Source: Candidatus Rokuibacteriota bacterium
GTDB lineage: Bacteria; Methylomirabilota; Methylomirabilia; Rokubacteriales; CSP1-6
Direction of reading: 5' to 3'
Length of the DNA stretch: 16,226 bases
NCBI GenBank assembly: GCA_016184305.1
Contig: JACPCX010000044.1
Coordinates: forward strand, 1 to 16,226
Shown: positions 15,444 to 16,226 of the stretch, in pieces
Layout: each line of letters opens with the position of its first letter
How positions within the stretch are numbered: position 1 is the first letter of the stretch
The notes under the pieces: generated by a model
Seen by the model: the letters and a program-made list of their open reading frames with translations, nothing else
Told to the model about the DNA's origin: nothing
The model's database searches: none
Translations under genes and position numbers: made by a program

Positions 15444-16226
15444 TCAGTACGACTTGGGCATGCCCAGGAGATGCTCGCCGATGTAGTTGAGGATCATCTC
15501 GCGGGACACGGGCGCGGTGCGCTGGAGCCTGAGGAAGGAGTAGATGTCCAGCAGGTCGTAGTCGCTCGTGAAGCCGTTGCCGCCATGGGCCTGGAGCGAG
15601 ATGTCGAAGGCCTCGAGCGCGGCGTCGGCGGCGGCCAGCTTGGCGATGTTGGCCGCGGGGCCGGCGGCCTCGCCGCCGTCGAAGAGGCGGGCGGCGCGCC
15701 GGTTCATCAGGAGCGCCAGCTCGAGATGCGCCTTGGCCAGCGCCATCGGGTGCTGGATGGCCTGGTAGGCAGCGATGGGCCCGTCGAAGACCTGGCGGCC
15801 CTTCGCGTACTCCACGCCCTTGTCCAGCACGTACTCGCCCAAGCCCACGCACATGGACGCCACCAGGATGCGCTCCGGGTTGAGCCCGTCGAAGAGAGCG
15901 CGGATCCCCCGCCCCTCCTCGCCGATCAGGTCGCCCTCCGGCACGAAGACGTCGTCGAGGAACACCGCCCACTGCGTCTCCACCTTGCACACCTGGGTGT
16001 CGATGCGGGTGCGCGAGATGCCGGGAGCCTTGGTGTCCACCACCAGGAGCGACAGTCCGCGCGTGCGGTGCGCGAGGTCCAGCGGGCTCGTGCGCGCCAC
16101 CAGCAGCATGTGGTCGCTCACGTCGATCCCGGTGATGAAGGTCTTCTGGCCGCTCAGCCGGTAGCCGCCCGGCACCTTCCGCGCCATGGTGCGGATCCTG
16201 AACGTGTTGGTCCCGGCATCGGGCTC
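15444..16226 (-). CDS. Acyl-CoA dehydrogenase (5' end outside the window)
   Basis: The frame is open to the window edge (EPDAGTNT...). Contains LSGQKTFITG, LIGEEGRG, GLNPERI, RQVFDGPIAAYQAIQH and QAHGGNGF. Confidence 0.93.
   Translation of the reverse strand, partial: EPDAGTNTFRIRTMARKVPGGYRLSGQKTFITGIDVSDHMLLVARTSPLDLAHRTRGLSLLVVDTKAPGISRTRIDTQVCKVETQWAVFLDDVFVPEGDLIGEEGRGIRALFDGLNPERILVASMCVGLGEYVLDKGVEYAKGRQVFDGPIAAYQAIQHPMALAKAHLELALLMNRRAARLFDGGEAAGPAANIAKLAAADAALEAFDISLQAHGGNGFTSDYDLLDIYSFLRLQRTAPVSREMILNYIGEHLLGMPKSY

Noticed and set aside
14230..15990. 586-aa ORF suggesting an acyl-CoA dehydrogenase/hydrolase fusion
   Set aside because: The first 193 codons are an off-frame reading of the dehydrogenase gene. 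The real start is ATG15411, with its own RBS and signal peptide.

Overview
High-GC (roughly 70% by eye) bacterial chromosomal segment. The gene set and protein style are reminiscent of Ca. Rokubacteria/Methylomirabilota, which is inference only. It holds about 17 intact or partial CDS, mostly acyl-CoA/organic-acid and redox enzymes: PaaI thioesterase, D-2-hydroxyacid dehydrogenase, MaoC dehydratase, LLM/F420 oxidoreductase, dienelactone hydrolase, nitroreductase, AMACR-type CoA transferase, acyl-CoA dehydrogenase and a signal-peptide MetX-like hydrolase. It also encodes an MFS transporter, a JmjC/cupin oxygenase, a stand-alone PilZ protein, an anSME radical SAM-SPASM enzyme fused to SEC-C, and a PEP-CTERM surface protein. 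Three non-obvious signals stand out. (1) Three rearrangement junctions lie within about 2 kb: an in-frame internal deletion of a family III CoA transferase, a frameshifting internal deletion of an AhpD/CMD-type gene, and an exact 61-bp tandem duplication of that gene's RBS and start. (2) A two-gene YdjI-like SPFH + triple zinc-ribbon module lacks a neighbouring PspA and is preceded by a near-consensus sigma54 -24/-12 promoter, with a long palindrome at enhancer distance. (3) A second sigma54 promoter with enhancer-like boxes lies upstream of the PEP-CTERM gene. No rRNA, tRNA, CRISPR array or mobile element was recognised.
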